DNA of 63,574 nucleotides from positions 1 to 63,574 of IMG/VR virus record IMGVR_UViG_3300046777_002930; one strand, written 5' to 3'. The DNA is from a virus. Taxonomy: Duplodnaviria; Caudoviricetes. A program made the translations under genes and the position numbers. This document shows positions 49,098-59,117 of the stretch, in pieces. Numbering within the stretch: position 1 is the stretch's first letter; each line of letters begins with the position of its first letter. A model generated the notes under the pieces. It was not told where the DNA came from. It did no database searches and saw only the letters and a program-made list of their open reading frames with translations.

Positions 49098-51056
49098 ATG
49101 ACTCAAAAAAATAAAAAAAATGAAATTCCTGAGGCTGTCATGGCTTCATTAGATGATAATTTGAGCATAGCGGTTGCGTCAACTTGTGAAAGAACAGGTG
49201 AAACATCAATGAGAAGAAATGTGGCTTCTTCTATTACAAAAACTGATAGGTTTTCTAATTTAGAAAAAGGGGTTGTCCCATTTGTTTACGGAACTGGAAA
49301 AGGTAATTATAATTCTAATATTTCAGCCAAAGATGCGATAGTGCTTTGTCAAAAAGCTTATTGGAATGTTCCAATTTTTAGAAATACAATAGATCTAATG
49401 ACGGAGTTTAGTCTCTCTGACATTTATTTAACGGGTGGAAACGAACAAAGTAGAAAATTTTTTAACCTTTGGCTTCAAAAGATAAATAGCTGGGATTTGC
49501 AAGATCAGTTTTACAGAGAGTTTTATAGAAGTGGAAATATTTTTATCTATAAATTCAGGGCAGACTTCAGTAGAGAAAACATGATGAAGATACAAGAAGC
49601 GTTTGGCGCTTCATCCTCTGATGATCAGCAAATTCCAGTTAAATATATAATTTTAAACCCATCTGATATAAATATTGTAACGTCATCTTCTTTTTTAGAC
49701 AATGTTTATGTTAAAATGCTGAATGATTATGAGCTTCAGTCTCTTATAAATCCAAGAACTGAATCAGATAAACAAATAGCTGAAAAGATACCAGAAATAA
49801 AAAATTTATTGGACAAAGCGTCAAATTCTCAAAAAAAGAATATTCCCTCTGGTCTTAATAATGTTGCTCTAGAATTAGATAAAGATAGATTGGTAGCTAT
49901 TTTTTATAAAAAGCAAAATTATGAACCATTATCTGTACCTATGGGATTTGCTGTTCTAGAAGATATAAATTCAAAACTTGAATTAAAAAAAATAGATCAA
50001 GCGATTGCTAGATCTGTTCAGCAAGCCGTGTTAATGATAACGATGGGCGACGAAAAAGTTGGAATGCCAAGCGCTCAAAATTTAGCCTCTATGAGAAAGC
50101 TTTTTGAGAATCAAAGCGTTGGAAAAGTTTTAGTTGCAGATTACACAACAAATGCAAAGTTTGTTATTCCAGATATCGGCAATCTTCTTGATCCTAAGAA
50201 ATATGAAATCTTAGATAACGATATAAGAATGGGCTTAAATAGCATTTTATTTGGAGAAGAAAAGTTTTCAAATACTTCTATAAAAGTAAAAGTATTTTTT
50301 GCTAGATTAAAATATGGTCGTGAAAAATTCTTAAGAGATTTTTTAATTCCAGAAATGAAGGAGGTTGGAAGAGCGCTGGGTTTCAAACAAATTCCTACTC
50401 CAAAATTAGAAGATATTGACTTTGAAGACAATGTATTGATGAGTAGAGTTTATTCTAGGCTTATAGAACTTGGAGTTTTAACTCCAGAGGAGGGATTTGA
50501 CGTATTTCAAAGCGGTAGACTTCCAACGTCTGAAGAAAGTATTGAGTCTCAAAAAAAATATAAAGTATTAAAAGAAAAAGGTTATTACCAGCCATTGATA
50601 GGTGGAGCTAAGGATCCTAACTCACCAGCTGGAACAGTAGGAAATAAAAATCCAGCCGGAAATTCTGGTAGACCGACAGGAAGCGGAGGAAAGCAGCTCG
50701 TAACACGCAAGCAAGCATCGGCGTCAGTTGAGTCAGATAATATAGAAACATTTAGTTGCGAAAAAATGAAGACAGTTTTGGCGTCTATAACATCTCTTGA
50801 AAAAAATATAGAAACAGTTCTTAAGGCTAAATTTAAAATAAAAAAATTAAATAAACAACAAACTGAGATCGTTTCTGATATTGCGATTTTAATTGCTCAG
50901 AATGAAAAATTAGAAAACTGGAATAAAACTTTTGATTTATATATACAGGATATGTCAAGATCAAATCCAGAAATCTATAGCCAAATAGATGAACTTGCTT
51001 CAAATCATGGTATAGATATAAGATCCGCAAGTATTTTATACCATAGTAAAAAATAA
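49098..51056 (+). CDS. portal protein
   Basis: follows terminase; FRNTIDLMTEF, FYRSGNIFIY; suitable size. Confidence 0.8.
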   Translation: MTQKNKKNEIPEAVMASLDDNLSIAVASTCERTGETSMRRNVASSITKTDRFSNLEKGVVPFVYGTGKGNYNSNISAKDAIVLCQKAYWNVPIFRNTIDLMTEFSLSDIYLTGGNEQSRKFFNLWLQKINSWDLQDQFYREFYRSGNIFIYKFRADFSRENMMKIQEAFGASSSDDQQIPVKYIILNPSDINIVTSSSFLDNVYVKMLNDYELQSLINPRTESDKQIAEKIPEIKNLLDKASNSQKKNIPSGLNNVALELDKDRLVAIFYKKQNYEPLSVPMGFAVLEDINSKLELKKIDQAIARSVQQAVLMITMGDEKVGMPSAQNLASMRKLFENQSVGKVLVADYTTNAKFVIPDIGNLLDPKKYEILDNDIRMGLNSILFGEEKFSNTSIKVKVFFARLKYGREKFLRDFLIPEMKEVGRALGFKQIPTPKLEDIDFEDNVLMSRVYSRLIELGVLTPEEGFDVFQSGRLPTSEESIESQKKYKVLKEKGYYQPLIGGAKDPNSPAGTVGNKNPAGNSGRPTGSGGKQLVTRKQASASVESDNIETFSCEKMKTVLASITSLEKNIETVLKAKFKIKKLNKQQTEIVSDIAILIAQNEKLENWNKTFDLYIQDMSRSNPEIYSQIDELASNHGIDIRSASILYHSKK

Positions 51057-51060
51057 TTTT

Positions 51061-52551
51061 ATGGGTATTAATAAAGTAAAATTAAAACAAATAGATGCAG
51101 ATTTTTCTGGTCTTGTTGGTCAATATGGTTCGGGATACTTTGCTTCAACTGGACAACTTAATTCTTTATCTGGATCATCTTTTAAATATAGCGATTTGGT
51201 AACAAATCAATTTGTTTATCAAACTGGTAATCAAAATATATCAGGAGTAAAAAATTTTTTTTCTAGACCAGAGTTAAGTGGAAAAGGCTTGGCGAAATTG
51301 GAGGAAGTTGTAACTTTATCTACAAATCAATCTATACCTTCGCAAAAAACTTTCGCTGGAGATACGTTTTTTGATACAAATTATAATACATATCAATTTT
51401 GCGACGTTGAGTTTATAGAGACTAATTTTTCTCTTGATAGTAATTCTGCAAATAGTCTCGTAAGCAATTTAGGGGCTTTGCTTGTAAATACAAATGCAAA
51501 CCAAGCAATTGGTGGGGTCAAAAATTTTACATCTGGATTAAATGTTAAGGGAACTGGGGTTTTAGTAAGTGGGGCTGTGAATCCAATATATGTCAATTTA
51601 GGAAATAGTAGTATTGAAAGATATATTACTTTTGTAGAGCAAACTGGGTCGGGCTCAAAATTTCTTCAGCAGAATTCGGGTTTAAGTTATAATCCTATTA
51701 ATAAAACTTTAAAATGTGATAATTTTAATGGATTAGCAAGCTTTGCTAATAGGCTTTCTGGTAAAAATCCTATTGCAAAAATTAACGGATTAACGTTCGA
51801 TGGCTCTGCTGATATAGTAGTGTCTGGATATGGAACGCAAGATACTGCTAATGCTAATCGTTACTTATTATTTACTTCTAATAATACTGCCGGATATAAA
51901 GATTTGATGACTAATGGAATAACTGTTAATCCATCAAATAATTCAATTTCTGCTTCTAGTTTTGTAGGAGGATTTTCTGGAAATTTATTAAACGCAACTT
52001 CTTCTGCAAATTTATCGATTGGAGCATTTGCTGCTACTGATAATATTAATCTTCAGTTTCCTGCTGGAACAACAGCTTATCAATTTACCAATACATTTTT
52101 TGCTCCGAACTCTGATAATACGAGAGCGCTTGGTCAAACTACTAAAAGATGGACTCAGTTATTTGCTGGAACAAATATCATTAGCACTTCCGATGAAAAT
52201 ATAAAAACAGAAATCTCTGAAATACCAGATTCCTGGTTAGATGCATGGGAAGAAGTAAATTATGTAAGATATAAATTCAAAGATGCCGTTGCTCAAAAAG
52301 GTTTATCTGGAGCCAGATGGCACATTGGACACATAGCTCAAGATATTCATCAGAAGTTTCAAGTCCGTGGATTAGATGCGTTTGAAATAGGTATGCTTTG
52401 TTATGATAAGTGGGAAGAACATCTCGATGTAGACGGAAAAATAGTCCCCTCTGGAGAAATTTGGTCTATTAGACCTGATGAGTGCCAATTCATGGAAATG
52501 GCTCTAACTAGAAGAACTTTAAATAGATTAAAAAGCGGAATTTTATCTTAA
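51061..52551 (+). CDS. tail fibre/spike with C-terminal intramolecular chaperone (peptidase S74)
   Basis: TGNQNISGVKNF repeats; TSDENIK, RWHIGHIAQD, IRPDEC. Confidence 0.85.
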   Translation: MGINKVKLKQIDADFSGLVGQYGSGYFASTGQLNSLSGSSFKYSDLVTNQFVYQTGNQNISGVKNFFSRPELSGKGLAKLEEVVTLSTNQSIPSQKTFAGDTFFDTNYNTYQFCDVEFIETNFSLDSNSANSLVSNLGALLVNTNANQAIGGVKNFTSGLNVKGTGVLVSGAVNPIYVNLGNSSIERYITFVEQTGSGSKFLQQNSGLSYNPINKTLKCDNFNGLASFANRLSGKNPIAKINGLTFDGSADIVVSGYGTQDTANANRYLLFTSNNTAGYKDLMTNGITVNPSNNSISASSFVGGFSGNLLNATSSANLSIGAFAATDNINLQFPAGTTAYQFTNTFFAPNSDNTRALGQTTKRWTQLFAGTNIISTSDENIKTEISEIPDSWLDAWEEVNYVRYKFKDAVAQKGLSGARWHIGHIAQDIHQKFQVRGLDAFEIGMLCYDKWEEHLDVDGKIVPSGEIWSIRPDECQFMEMALTRRTLNRLKSGILS

Positions 52552-52574
52552 TAAAGTGTAACCCATATAAATAT

Positions 52575-52880
52575 ATGAATCATTTTTTTATACAAACAAA
52601 ACTATTGCTAACCGGTCAACAAGCGCCATTTACGGGTGAAGCAGTTAATATGGCTAGATCCAGAGACGCGGCATTTACCGCTTACGCAAGCGGAAGTGGA
52701 AGCGTTTTCCTTCAATATAAAAGTCCATTTTTTGAAAATGGATGGGTTGATTTTTATTCTTTTTCCGGATTAAATACGGGATACGCTCTTCCTGCTTATC
52801 TAACAACTCCAGTAACTGAAGTTAGAGCAATTTCAAGCGGAAATGGAAAGTTTTGGTGCGGATTTACCGCACAAAATTAA
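52575..52880 (+). CDS. hypothetical virion protein
   Basis: position and composition. Confidence 0.6.
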   Translation: MNHFFIQTKLLLTGQQAPFTGEAVNMARSRDAAFTAYASGSGSVFLQYKSPFFENGWVDFYSFSGLNTGYALPAYLTTPVTEVRAISSGNGKFWCGFTAQN

Positions 52881-52883
52881 AAT

Positions 52884-55418
52884 ATGATTAATGATGCTTC
52901 AATAGTTAAAATTGAGCGTCAGCCTACTGAGATACTTCCTACAGGTGGATTGGGCGTTCCAGCTGGTGGGTCGCAGGGTCAAGTCTTAGCTAAATCTACT
53001 AATAGTAATTATGATACTGCTTGGGTGGATCCAAGTATTGGAGTGCCAGCTGGTGGATCAATAGGTCAATTTTTAGTAAAAAAAACTAATACTAATTATG
53101 ATACTATTTGGCAAGATTTGCCATCAATTCAAAGTACAGAATACTTGCTTCAAACAGTTTATAATGGATCTGGTTCTACTATAAATAGAGGTAGTATAGT
53201 ATCTTTTGTTGGCGGAGACGGGTCTTATCCAATTGTAGAAAAAGCTGTTTCAAGTTCGATTCATGATTCAGATGTTATTGGCGTAGCATTAGATAATATC
53301 TTAAATGGGGAATACGGCTCAATAGTAGTAAATGGAATTTTGGACGGATTTAATACTAATGATTTTAACGTTGGTGACAAATTATATCTTTCTTCTGTTA
53401 TTGATGGAGCTATAACGAATATAGTTCCAACAGCTCCAAACCATGCTATTTTTATAGGTTTTTGTATTAAAAAAGACGCTGTAGATGGAGCAATATATAT
53501 AAATTTAAATACTGGAACGCATTTAGATTTACTTCATGATGTAAGTATCAACTTGCCGTCAAGTGGTGATGTTTTATTTTTTAATGAAAATAATACTTGG
53601 GTTAATAAAAAAATAGATGTTTACAACGTATCCGGAGCTGTGGGTTCTGGCGATTTTAAAAATATAGTTTTTCAAACGGGTAATCAAAATATATCAGGAG
53701 TAAAAACATTTTTCCATAGACCTATTTTATCTGGTTCGCAAATACAAAGTAACCAATCTGGGCTAGCAATGTTAGGTGAGGTTGTGACCATAAACGGATC
53801 TCAAACTATTACTGGACCAAAAACTTTTAGCGCAAATGTGGCATTTTCTAATTCTGCCATTGACTATAGTTCTTCAGAAATAAATTTTTATACTACCGAT
53901 TTCAATTTAGATACTTATTCTTCATCTGGATTAGCTTCAAATCTAAGGGGGTTTTTTGTTGATATTGATACAAATCAAATAGTAAATGGAAGAAAAACTT
54001 TTAAGTCTGGAATAAAATTAATATCTCAAAATTCATATGCGTTAGACGTTTCTGGTTCCGCCTTGTTTAGCGAAAGACCAACTGTTAACGGAACTGGCGT
54101 ATTATTAACCGGAGATATTGATACGTCAAATTTTTATCCTAATAATAATCCAAGCGGCTTTATTACAGGAGTTGATCTTTCGAATTACGCAGAAAATTCA
54201 GATATATTTAATTCAGCTGTAGAGTGGACAATAAATCATACTTTAGCTGATGGAACGCGTTATTTGGCTGGAGATTTAGTTTATTTTAACGGAAAAGTTT
54301 ATAAAGCTAATTATGACAATGAAAGTCTTCCTGTAACAAATACATTATATTGGACAGATTTGGGTCCTGGATATCGCTTAAATATTGACGGACGAGATAT
54401 TCCTAATATCCCGCAGGTTGATATTTCTAATTTATATCCAAACAATAATCCAAGCGGTTTCATTACCGGTATTGAAAACGTTGTTTATACGACTGGCGAT
54501 CAAGCCATATCTGGTAAAAAAACGTTTTTAGAAGGACTTGAAGCTGGAACCGGTAATATCTCGACTCTTTACGTTAAATCTGGCGCTGTAGGTATAAATA
54601 ACGAAAGTCCTCAAGGCGCGTTAGACGTTTCTGGTTCCGCCTTGTTTAGCGAAAGACCAACTGTTAACGGAACTGGCGTTCTGCTTCAAGGTGAAGTACA
54701 AAATAATACGATTATTAGCGGCGTTGTATACTCGGCTCAAGTAAATGTTAAAAATTATAACGGATCAACTATTTACAAAGGTCAACCCGTATATATTGCT
54801 GGAGCTGAAGGCGGAAATATTTTAGTTAAATTAGCATCTAATGTTTCTGAGCAATCATCTTCAAAAACATTAGGTTTAGTTGTTCAAGATAGTTTAGATA
54901 ATAATGCTTTTGGAACTGTAATTACAGATGGCTTATTAGAAAATTTCGATGTAAGCGTTGCTAGTGCTGGTGACCCTATTTGGCTTGGACCAACTGGTAG
55001 TTTATTGTATGGTTTAGCTAATAAGCCTCATGCTCCAAATCATATGGTTTATTTAGGCGTCGTAACTAGGGCTCAAAATAATGGAGAAGTTTTTGTAAAG
55101 GTGCAAAATGGATACGAATTAGATGAATTGCACGATCTCAATACTACAACATCTCAATCTGGTCAATTTTTATTTAAAAATAATAATTTGTGGTCCGGTA
55201 AATTTTTGGAAATTTCTGATATTAGTGGATTACAAACCTCTCTTAATGATAAGCAGTCATCAGGTAATTATTATCTATCTAGTAATCCTAGTGGATTTAT
55301 TACAAGTAATTCAACTTCAATAGCCGGAGCAGCTTCTATTTCAAATATTATTCAGATTGCTCAAACTGGTTATGATGCGATAGTTCCACAGGCGAATACT
55401 CTTTATATCATTATTTAA
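52884..55418 (+). CDS. long tail-fibre-like structural protein
   Basis: GGSQGQVLAK..NYDTAW repeats, Q.ISG.KTF and NNPSGFITG repeats. Confidence 0.8.
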   Translation: MINDASIVKIERQPTEILPTGGLGVPAGGSQGQVLAKSTNSNYDTAWVDPSIGVPAGGSIGQFLVKKTNTNYDTIWQDLPSIQSTEYLLQTVYNGSGSTINRGSIVSFVGGDGSYPIVEKAVSSSIHDSDVIGVALDNILNGEYGSIVVNGILDGFNTNDFNVGDKLYLSSVIDGAITNIVPTAPNHAIFIGFCIKKDAVDGAIYINLNTGTHLDLLHDVSINLPSSGDVLFFNENNTWVNKKIDVYNVSGAVGSGDFKNIVFQTGNQNISGVKTFFHRPILSGSQIQSNQSGLAMLGEVVTINGSQTITGPKTFSANVAFSNSAIDYSSSEINFYTTDFNLDTYSSSGLASNLRGFFVDIDTNQIVNGRKTFKSGIKLISQNSYALDVSGSALFSERPTVNGTGVLLTGDIDTSNFYPNNNPSGFITGVDLSNYAENSDIFNSAVEWTINHTLADGTRYLAGDLVYFNGKVYKANYDNESLPVTNTLYWTDLGPGYRLNIDGRDIPNIPQVDISNLYPNNNPSGFITGIENVVYTTGDQAISGKKTFLEGLEAGTGNISTLYVKSGAVGINNESPQGALDVSGSALFSERPTVNGTGVLLQGEVQNNTIISGVVYSAQVNVKNYNGSTIYKGQPVYIAGAEGGNILVKLASNVSEQSSSKTLGLVVQDSLDNNAFGTVITDGLLENFDVSVASAGDPIWLGPTGSLLYGLANKPHAPNHMVYLGVVTRAQNNGEVFVKVQNGYELDELHDLNTTTSQSGQFLFKNNNLWSGKFLEISDISGLQTSLNDKQSSGNYYLSSNPSGFITSNSTSIAGAASISNIIQIAQTGYDAIVPQANTLYIII

Positions 55419-56284
55419 TGAAATTAATAGACTCGACGTCGGCAAAAGTTCAGAATACGCAGGTTAGAGCGATTGCATCTTCTAATTCTTCATTTCGTCA
55501 ATTTATGTGTTACGCTGCCACGACAGTTGCTTCTGCAATTTCCGGAACAATTGGATTAGTAAAAAACGGAATTGGAGGACTCACTCTTTCTGGAAACTGC
55601 GATTACAGCGGCCCAACTCAAATAAATGCTGGATCACTTACACTAACAGGAGCATCAACTCTTAACGGAGTAATTAGCGGATCGGGATCATTAGCAAAAA
55701 GCGGATCATTAGCAGTAACGCTTGGCGGCAATAATACTTATTCTGGCGGAACAAGTTATAGTTCAAGCGTGGCGGGGGCAACGATAACATTTGCGTCAGG
55801 TAATGTGTTCGGAACCGGCTTGGTTACTTGCTCTGGAACAGCATGTCAAATTATCACTGGTAATAGCGTAACGATTCCAAATAATTTTCAATTAAATAGT
55901 GGAGTTGTATTGCAATATCGGGTGAATGCAGCAACAACAATACTGACTCTTTCTGGAAATATTGATGGAAGTGGAAGTTTAAACAAAACATCAACTGGAC
56001 AACTTCGCCTAAACGGAACTCTAAACTACACGGGATCAACAACGATTACTGCTGGGACACTTCGCGCTATAAAAACAGCCGGAGCATCAACGGCAACTGC
56101 AACATTTACGACTGGGCTTTCTGTTTCTTTTAATGTTTCTCCTCCGTCTGGAACCACAACCTTTAGATTCTTCCAGGGTTCAACAACAAATTCATATCCG
56201 ACTGTAACTTTGGTTGGTGTTCCTACTGGAACAACGGCAACTTATACTTCATCAACCTCAACTCTTTCAGTAACAGTACCATGA
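55418..56284 (+). CDS. protein with autotransporter-associated beta-strand (PATR-like) repeats
   Basis: LVKNGIGGLTLSGNCDYSGPTQINAGSL, LAKSGS..LGGNNTYSGGT, LNKTSTGQLRL..YTGSTTITAGTL. Confidence 0.8.
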   Translation: MKLIDSTSAKVQNTQVRAIASSNSSFRQFMCYAATTVASAISGTIGLVKNGIGGLTLSGNCDYSGPTQINAGSLTLTGASTLNGVISGSGSLAKSGSLAVTLGGNNTYSGGTSYSSSVAGATITFASGNVFGTGLVTCSGTACQIITGNSVTIPNNFQLNSGVVLQYRVNAATTILTLSGNIDGSGSLNKTSTGQLRLNGTLNYTGSTTITAGTLRAIKTAGASTATATFTTGLSVSFNVSPPSGTTTFRFFQGSTTNSYPTVTLVGVPTGTTATYTSSTSTLSVTVP

Positions 56285-56493
56285 TAATTCAACATAATGA
56301 AAATAGCTGGTCATACGATAATTCTGTAGGAAATTGGAAATTGGTTTATAAAGATAAAACGATTATATTTTATGAGCAAACAGACCAATCAATTGCAACT
56401 CAAGATACTATTTTTGTTGGAACGAAAGAAGAATGCGAAATAGAAATCAAGAGACTAAACCTAATTTGCGTATCTGGTTCTATAATAGAATAA
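56281..56493 (+). CDS. hypothetical protein
   Basis: ATGA overlap. Confidence 0.65.
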   Translation: MIIQHNENSWSYDNSVGNWKLVYKDKTIIFYEQTDQSIATQDTIFVGTKEECEIEIKRLNLICVSGSIIE

Positions 56494-56588
56494 ACTTTAT
56501 TATTTTAAATAAATTAATATATTAATAAAAGTTAGATATTTATGGTAAGTGGGATGTTGTTATTTTGAGTGTATAAATATATATAAAT

Positions 56589-57185
56589 ATGAAGTTTTTT
56601 TTATTAATTGTTTGCTGCTTGGTTGCTTCTTCTTGTACTGTATATACAGAAAAACAGTCAGAGGCTCTTTCTCGTACTGTTTATGCTACTAAGGATTCTT
56701 TAGAGCAGGCTAGAATAGATTTAGCCGATAAGTACTCTACAGAAACTACGAGGCTTGTTAAACCTCCTAAAAAGAGAATCGATATTCCTCCGGTTTATAA
56801 AAAAACTATAGATGTAATCACTTCGCAGAGTAAGCATTCTCCTACTTATATTGATAAGCAGCGAGTATTAATTATTCCTGAAAAATATAAAGCAGATACT
56901 GTTGTTGTAGTTAGCTCAAAAGAATATGAAGACCTGCTGAAAGACAAAGAAACTTATGAGCAGATAAGAAAAGATTTTGAGAATTTAAATGCGGCTAGGT
57001 CTCAGGTTGACGAAGAGCTTATTAGGCAAATGGAGTATAATGAAAAAATGATCAAAGATCTAAATGTAATGCAAAAAAAGTTAGTCGAAAAAGATTTAGC
57101 AATTTTGCAGAGAAATATTATTATAATTATACTTTTATTAATAATTGGCGGAGCCACTTATCTAAGAATAAAGGGGATACTTTAA
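56589..57185 (+). CDS. putative spanin (lipoprotein with C-terminal TM)
   Basis: signal ending ASSC, coiled coil, C-terminal IIIIILLLIIGG. Confidence 0.65.
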   Translation: MKFFLLIVCCLVASSCTVYTEKQSEALSRTVYATKDSLEQARIDLADKYSTETTRLVKPPKKRIDIPPVYKKTIDVITSQSKHSPTYIDKQRVLIIPEKYKADTVVVVSSKEYEDLLKDKETYEQIRKDFENLNAARSQVDEELIRQMEYNEKMIKDLNVMQKKLVEKDLAILQRNIIIIILLLIIGGATYLRIKGIL

Positions 57186-57188
57186 GTT

Positions 57189-57305
57189 ATGAAAACATTA
57201 GAAAAATTAATACAAAAATTTAATAACTGGCAAATGGAGAATCCGGCTAAATTTATTTTTATTCTTGGTTTTATTTCTGGACTAATTATAGGGTCTCTTT
57301 TTTAA
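57189..57305 (+). CDS. small membrane peptide (38 aa)
   Basis: MKTLEKLIQKFNNWQMENPAKFIFILGFISGLIIGSLF. Confidence 0.5.
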   Translation: MKTLEKLIQKFNNWQMENPAKFIFILGFISGLIIGSLF

Positions 57306-57355
57306 TTAAGAGATGTATTTAATATAAAATAAAAATATATTAATAATGGGTTTAT

Positions 57356-58006
57356 ATGGTCGGTTCTTCTCTTTTTTTTCATTCTGAATTTTTAACTGTA
57401 ATAGCTGCTTTTTTAACTGGAATAGTTGGACCAATTGCTCTGCTTTACGCTAAGCATCTTTTGGCTTTAAGAAAAGAAAAGGATAGAAATAAAAGGCGCA
57501 ATGATTTTAATATAACAATTGAAATGCAGCAAAAAATTAATTCTACTCTAAATATTTTGCAGAGCAAGTATGACTTAGATAGAGTTTGGATAGCTCAGTT
57601 TCATAATGGTGGTAATTTTTATCCAGGTAACAAAAGCATGAAAAAGCTTTCCGCGACATTTGAGGCTACTAAGCCTGGTGTTTCTACTGATTTAATGAAG
57701 CTACAAAATTTACCAATATCTTTTTTTAGCAAGGTGCTAACAGAAATGAATGAAAGCCAGTCTGGTGTGATTATAGAAACGGACGAAACTCATGAGAATG
57801 CTTTTAAAGATTTTTGGTTACATAGGGGCATTCATAGATCTTATATGTTTCCAATTATTTGCCTTGAGGGGGATTTTATTGCTATTCTTGGGGTTGATTT
57901 TAATGATACAGACGGAAGGCTGTCTGATGAGCTTTATAAGGAATTAGAAAGTGAAGCTAAATTGTTGTCTGGATACGTCGCGATAGTTTCTATTGAAAAG
58001 AAATAG
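57356..58006 (+). CDS. N-terminal TM plus GAF-like domain, holin-T-like
   Basis: TM helix, RVWIAQFHNGG, FIAILGVDF; in lysis cassette. Confidence 0.6.
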   Translation: MVGSSLFFHSEFLTVIAAFLTGIVGPIALLYAKHLLALRKEKDRNKRRNDFNITIEMQQKINSTLNILQSKYDLDRVWIAQFHNGGNFYPGNKSMKKLSATFEATKPGVSTDLMKLQNLPISFFSKVLTEMNESQSGVIIETDETHENAFKDFWLHRGIHRSYMFPIICLEGDFIAILGVDFNDTDGRLSDELYKELESEAKLLSGYVAIVSIEKK

Positions 58007-58014
58007 ATTTACAT

Positions 58015-58437
58015 ATGATCGAGGCAATTAAAAATACGGCAATTTCTCTAGTTTCGTATTTGAGTGGAAACTTAGTTCCACCAAATACTCCAATTCAAGA
58101 TGTAGAAAGAATGAAAGCCATAAATCATATGGCTTCTAGTAAATTTTATATTGTTTTTACTTCGGTTCTTATACTTGCTTTTTTTTATTTTGCAAGTCTT
58201 GGAATAATGTTTTTTATTCCAAAAAATCCAGAATTCGTTGCTGGATTTGTTACTATTTTTTCTAAAACAATTGAGATATTAGCTATCATAATAGCTTCTT
58301 ATGTTGGCGCTCAAGCCGTTGTAGATTTAAAATATGGAAGTAGTTCAGCGTCAACGATAGAAAGTGTTAACGAAAATATAAATAACGTAACAGTTATTGA
58401 AACAAATATAAAAGAAGATGATTATGAACTCAGATAA
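58015..58437 (+). CDS. putative holin
   Basis: two TM segments, directly upstream of the endolysin. Confidence 0.6.
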   Translation: MIEAIKNTAISLVSYLSGNLVPPNTPIQDVERMKAINHMASSKFYIVFTSVLILAFFYFASLGIMFFIPKNPEFVAGFVTIFSKTIEILAIIIASYVGAQAVVDLKYGSSSASTIESVNENINNVTVIETNIKEDDYELR

Positions 58438-59047
58438 GCCATCTAAAAAAGCGCTTGATTTATTATTAAAGTATGAAGTGGGCGGTGGTAGAGATTATTA
58501 TGAAAAATATTTATCTAAGTTCACATGGCCTGGAGGAGCTTCTGGTCCGACAATTGGAATAGGAATAGATTGCGCTTATTACTCTGAGGACGAATTATCT
58601 AATATATTTAGCTTTCTTAAAAAAGAAGAAATAGAATTAATCAAAAGTGCTTCTGGAAAAAGTTCCGAAAGAGGCAGAGAGTATACTAAGAAGCTTAGAG
58701 CTGCCGGAATAACTATTCAATGGGAAAAAGCTAAAGAGATTTTTGAGAATTTAACTTGGACAAAATTTACAAAATTAGCAGAAAAAACGTTTCCTGGGTT
58801 GTCTGATTTATGTCCAGATGCATATGGGGCTATTGTATCCCTAGTTTTTAATAGAGGGACAAGCTTGGTTGGAGAAAAAAGATTAGAAATGAGAAACATA
58901 AGAGTCTTGATTCCAAAGAAAGACTATAAAAAAATAGCTCATGAAATAAGGCAAATGAAAAGGATCTGGAGAGGTAAAAATCTTGATGGATTAATAGAAA
59001 GAAGAGAGTCGGAAGCTTTATTAGTTGAATCTTGTAGTAATATATAA
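58418..59047 (+). CDS. endolysin (lysozyme fold)
   Basis: YEVG, SGPTIGIGID, AIVSLVFNRG, GLIERRESEA. Confidence 0.85.
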   Translation: MIMNSDKPSKKALDLLLKYEVGGGRDYYEKYLSKFTWPGGASGPTIGIGIDCAYYSEDELSNIFSFLKKEEIELIKSASGKSSERGREYTKKLRAAGITIQWEKAKEIFENLTWTKFTKLAEKTFPGLSDLCPDAYGAIVSLVFNRGTSLVGEKRLEMRNIRVLIPKKDYKKIAHEIRQMKRIWRGKNLDGLIERRESEALLVESCSNI

Positions 59048-59117
59048 AATTATTGTGACATTTTTTATATAATTGTGTAAATTTAAAATACAATAAAAAT
59101 AAATTATTATTTATATC

